Positions 47,653 to 50,400 of a stretch of 50,400 nt of DNA are shown in pieces. The DNA is taken from positions 1 to 50,400 of the forward strand of contig JAQGMZ010000145.1 of assembly GCA_028292045.1 (NCBI GenBank). Reading direction: 5' to 3'. The position numbers were made by a program, and so were the translations under genes. Source of the DNA: Polaromonas sp. (lineage in GTDB: Bacteria > Pseudomonadota > Gammaproteobacteria > Burkholderiales > Burkholderiaceae_C). The notes below the pieces were generated by a model. It did not search any database. It saw only the letters and a list, made by a program, of their open reading frames with translations, and had not been told where the DNA came from. The stretch's first letter is position 1. Each line of letters begins with the position of its first letter.

Positions 47653-50400
47653 ATGCAACGTCGAGTTTGCCTTTCAAGCATGTTTTGCTTGCTATGGTTG
47701 TGCTGCAGTATGGCCTGGTCCCAACAAAACGTGATTCAGGCTGAAAATGCTAAGCCTGGCACGCCAGACTGGGAGATCACGGCGCCGTCGAGCACTCCCA
47801 CGGTCGAGGGTTACGCATCCCACACCAGCGTGAACCGGGGGGAGACGATCCGATTTTTCGTCAGCAGCAGCGCACCAACGTACACGCTGGCTATCTACCG
47901 GATGGGCTGGTATGGCGGTGCAGGCGCCCGCTTGATGAGTTCGGTGACTTTGCCAGGGAGCAAACAGCCCACCCCAGTGCCTGACCCGGCCACCGGCCTG
48001 ATCGAGTGCGACTGGCCCGAGTCGTACCGCGTCACGATTCCGCAGACGGCCGACAAGACCGACTGGGCTACAGGTATTTACCTGGCTAAGCTCACGCCGA
48101 GCAATGGAACGCAGAGCTACATGATTTTCGTCGTACGCGACGACGCTTCGCGCTCGACCTATGTGTACCAGTCGACGACGACAACCTCGCAGGCCTACAA
48201 CAACTGGGGAGGCAAATCCCTTTATACCTACAACAGCGTCAACAACGCTCCAGCGCGTAAGGTGTCATTCAATCGCCCTTACGGTCGAGACGGCTACAGG
48301 GGAGGCGCCGGCCAATTCCTGAACCATGAAATCAATTTCATACGTTTTTTGGAGCGCGAAGGCTACGACGTCTCGTACCTGTCCAATCTGGATCTGCATA
48401 CCAATGGCGAGCAGTTGCTCAACCACCGTGCCTTTCTTGTGGCGGGCCATGACGAATACTGGTCCTACCAGATGAAGAGCGCCGCACATGCGGCCCAGGC
48501 ACAAGGCGTGCACTTGGGGTTTTTTGCCTCCAACGAGGCCTATTGGCAGGTCGGCTTCGAGCCCAGTTCCAAAGGCGAGGCCAACCGCACCATGGTGGCC
48601 TATAAAGAAGCTGCGCAAAGCTACGATCCCTTCGCCATCGACGGCGACCCAACGAACGACAAGCTCATCACGATACGGTTTCGGGACCTTAAACCCATTT
48701 TCGGGGTGAACGATAGCGTAGCCCAGCCCGAAAATGGGCTGGTGGGGGTGATGTACCACGGAGACCCGTTCAACGGGGACATCGTGGTCTCGGACGCGAC
48801 CAGTTGGGTCTATGCCGGCTCGGGCATGAGCAATGCTTCAAGGTTCTCGGGTTTGCTAGGCTACGAAACCGATGCGATCTTCAACAATGGCTACTCGCCG
48901 CCGCAGCTTCGAACAATTGCAGAGTCGCCCGACACCTGGGGCGGCTCTCATATGGCCACTTACACAACTGCGAGCGGCTCGATCGTATTTGCCACCGGCT
49001 CGAACCAGTGGAGCTGGGGAATAGACAACTATGGCTTTCGAAACCTTGAGCAAGAGCCTGCCAAACAGGCCACGCGCAATGTGCTGGCCAGGTTTGGCGC
49101 AGCGCCAATACGCACCCCGACCAATGTACAAGCCACAGGCGCCAGCCAAACCGTCAACCTGAGCTGGACCGCACCAGCTGGGGCCAGCACCTTTAACATC
49201 TACCGCAGCTTGACGTCTGGCGCCCAGGGTACAACTGCGTACCGCACCGGGCTGGCATCACCTGCCTTTTCCGATACCGGCTTGGCCACTGGTACGACTT
49301 ACTTCTACACCGTTACGGGGGCCAACCCCGCTACTGAAAGCGCACAGTCCGCCGAAGTTTCCGCAGCTGCCACGAGCACCCCACCCCCCACCGAGGACAA
49401 CCCGGTGCCGGCCTTGTCCTCGATTTCGCCGTCCAGCGCTGCCGCAGGCGGGACCGTTTTTACCCTGACGGCAACCGGCACGAACTTCATTGCTACCTCG
49501 AAAGTGAACTGGAACGGCGCAGAGCGGCCCACCACTTACGTCAGCGCCATGCAGCTGACGGCGGCGATTCCGGCAAGCGACCTTCAGGCTCCAGGCACCG
49601 CGCAGATCAGCGTAGTGACGCCAACGCCTGGCGGCGGCACCTCAGCCCAGCAGGCGTTCACTGTCACGCCTGCAAACAACCCGGTGCCGGCATTGTCATC
49701 GCTGACGCCGGCCAGCAATGCTGCCGGCGGAGCCGCATTTACTTTGACATCAACCGGAACGAATTTCCTTGCCAACTCCAAAGTGTTCTGGAATGGCGCA
49801 GAGCGGCCAACGACTTTTGTAAGCGCTACGCAGCTGTCGGCTGCGATCCAGGCCAGCGACATTGCAGCTGCGGGAACGGCGCAGGTGTCCGTGTTCAACC
49901 CATCGCCTGGAGGCGGCGCCTCCCAGCCACTTGCGTTTTCGATCAATGCGCCGACTCCACCGCCCGCAAGCAATCCGGCGCCGATCCTATCCTCAATTGC
50001 GCCGGCCAGCGCTGCTGCGGGCGCAGCCGGCTTTAACTTGACAGCAACTGGCACGAACTTCATTGCCAGCTCCAAAGTGAATTGGAACGGCGCAGAGCGG
50101 CCCACCACCTACGTCAGCGCCACGCAGCTGACGGCGGCGATTCCGGCAAGCGATGTGCAGATCGCGGGCACTGTGCAGGTCAGCGTAACGACGCCAACGC
50201 CCGGTGGCGGCACATCGTCCGCGCAGGTCTTCACCGTTACCAGTCCTCCGACGCCCAGCAATCCGGCGCCGGTGCTGAGTTCGGTGTCGCCGACCAGCGC
50301 GGCAGCGGGCGGCGCCGGTTTTACGCTGACGGTGAACGGCTCGAATTTCGTGACCGGCTCCAAGGTGCGCTGGAACGGGGCAGAGCGCACGACCACGTTT
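47653..50400 (+). CDS. Large secreted protein: N,N-dimethylformamidase beta-subunit-like domain, FN3 and tandem IPT/TIG repeats (3' end beyond window; absent from the ORF track)
   Basis: Open frame from ATG 47653 to the window end (916 codons). Signal peptide MQRRVCLSS...AWS. AENAKPG, EGYAS, YRMGWYGG, QAYNNWGGKSLY, VSFNRPY and GHDEYWS motifs. FN3 at ~49110-49370. Confidence 0.9.
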   Translation, partial: MQRRVCLSSMFCLLWLCCSMAWSQQNVIQAENAKPGTPDWEITAPSSTPTVEGYASHTSVNRGETIRFFVSSSAPTYTLAIYRMGWYGGAGARLMSSVTLPGSKQPTPVPDPATGLIECDWPESYRVTIPQTADKTDWATGIYLAKLTPSNGTQSYMIFVVRDDASRSTYVYQSTTTTSQAYNNWGGKSLYTYNSVNNAPARKVSFNRPYGRDGYRGGAGQFLNHEINFIRFLEREGYDVSYLSNLDLHTNGEQLLNHRAFLVAGHDEYWSYQMKSAAHAAQAQGVHLGFFASNEAYWQVGFEPSSKGEANRTMVAYKEAAQSYDPFAIDGDPTNDKLITIRFRDLKPIFGVNDSVAQPENGLVGVMYHGDPFNGDIVVSDATSWVYAGSGMSNASRFSGLLGYETDAIFNNGYSPPQLRTIAESPDTWGGSHMATYTTASGSIVFATGSNQWSWGIDNYGFRNLEQEPAKQATRNVLARFGAAPIRTPTNVQATGASQTVNLSWTAPAGASTFNIYRSLTSGAQGTTAYRTGLASPAFSDTGLATGTTYFYTVTGANPATESAQSAEVSAAATSTPPPTEDNPVPALSSISPSSAAAGGTVFTLTATGTNFIATSKVNWNGAERPTTYVSAMQLTAAIPASDLQAPGTAQISVVTPTPGGGTSAQQAFTVTPANNPVPALSSLTPASNAAGGAAFTLTSTGTNFLANSKVFWNGAERPTTFVSATQLSAAIQASDIAAAGTAQVSVFNPSPGGGASQPLAFSINAPTPPPASNPAPILSSIAPASAAAGAAGFNLTATGTNFIASSKVNWNGAERPTTYVSATQLTAAIPASDVQIAGTVQVSVTTPTPGGGTSSAQVFTVTSPPTPSNPAPVLSSVSPTSAAAGGAGFTLTVNGSNFVTGSKVRWNGAERTTTF
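49399..50400 (+). repeat. Four or more tandem ~95-aa IPT/TIG-like repeats
   Basis: Units start NP(V/A)P at 49399, 49678, 49972 and 50260, each with G(T/S)NF...SKV.WNGAER.TT. Confidence 0.9.

Noticed and set aside
49305-50396. Repetitive minus-strand ORFs (MVGRSAPFQ...)
   Set aside because: They are antisense shadows of the IPT/TIG repeats of the plus-strand gene.

Overview
High-GC betaproteobacterial DNA, probably Comamonadaceae (inferred from a family-typical intergenic repeat at ~18.5 kb). (1) 1-732: frameshifted IS5-family element. (2) 765-28826: a ~28-kb, 26-gene CoA-dependent catabolic island with SDRs, Cys-less thiolase-like proteins plus DUF35, crotonases, MaoC, three acyl-CoA ligases, TesB, an amidohydrolase-fold protein, a CoA-transferase, an epoxide hydrolase, a ferritin-like di-iron protein, a GldA-like dehydrogenase, a rubredoxin missed by the ORF track, and split and fused acyl-CoA dehydrogenases. 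All eight apparent transcription units are headed by one of five copies of the 23-bp palindrome ATAACTGA-N7-TCAGTTAT, yet the island encodes no regulator in this window. (3) 29.5-37.9 kb: DUF456, and a MerR-family regulator divergent from an operon of Tat multicopper oxidase, small secreted protein, SCO-cytochrome c fusion and MauG-like di-heme lipoprotein. (4) 37.9-47.1 kb: a mosaic of IS630, hipA and cheB remnants, a gtrABC-like cassette, a YdjM-like hydrolase and an aminotransferase-methyltransferase-ATP-grasp trio. (5) 47653 to the end: a large secreted DMFase-beta-like/FN3/IPT-TIG repeat protein, absent from the ORF track because it runs off the window. No rRNA, tRNA or CRISPR array was seen. 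All calls come from manual motif recognition; no searches were run.
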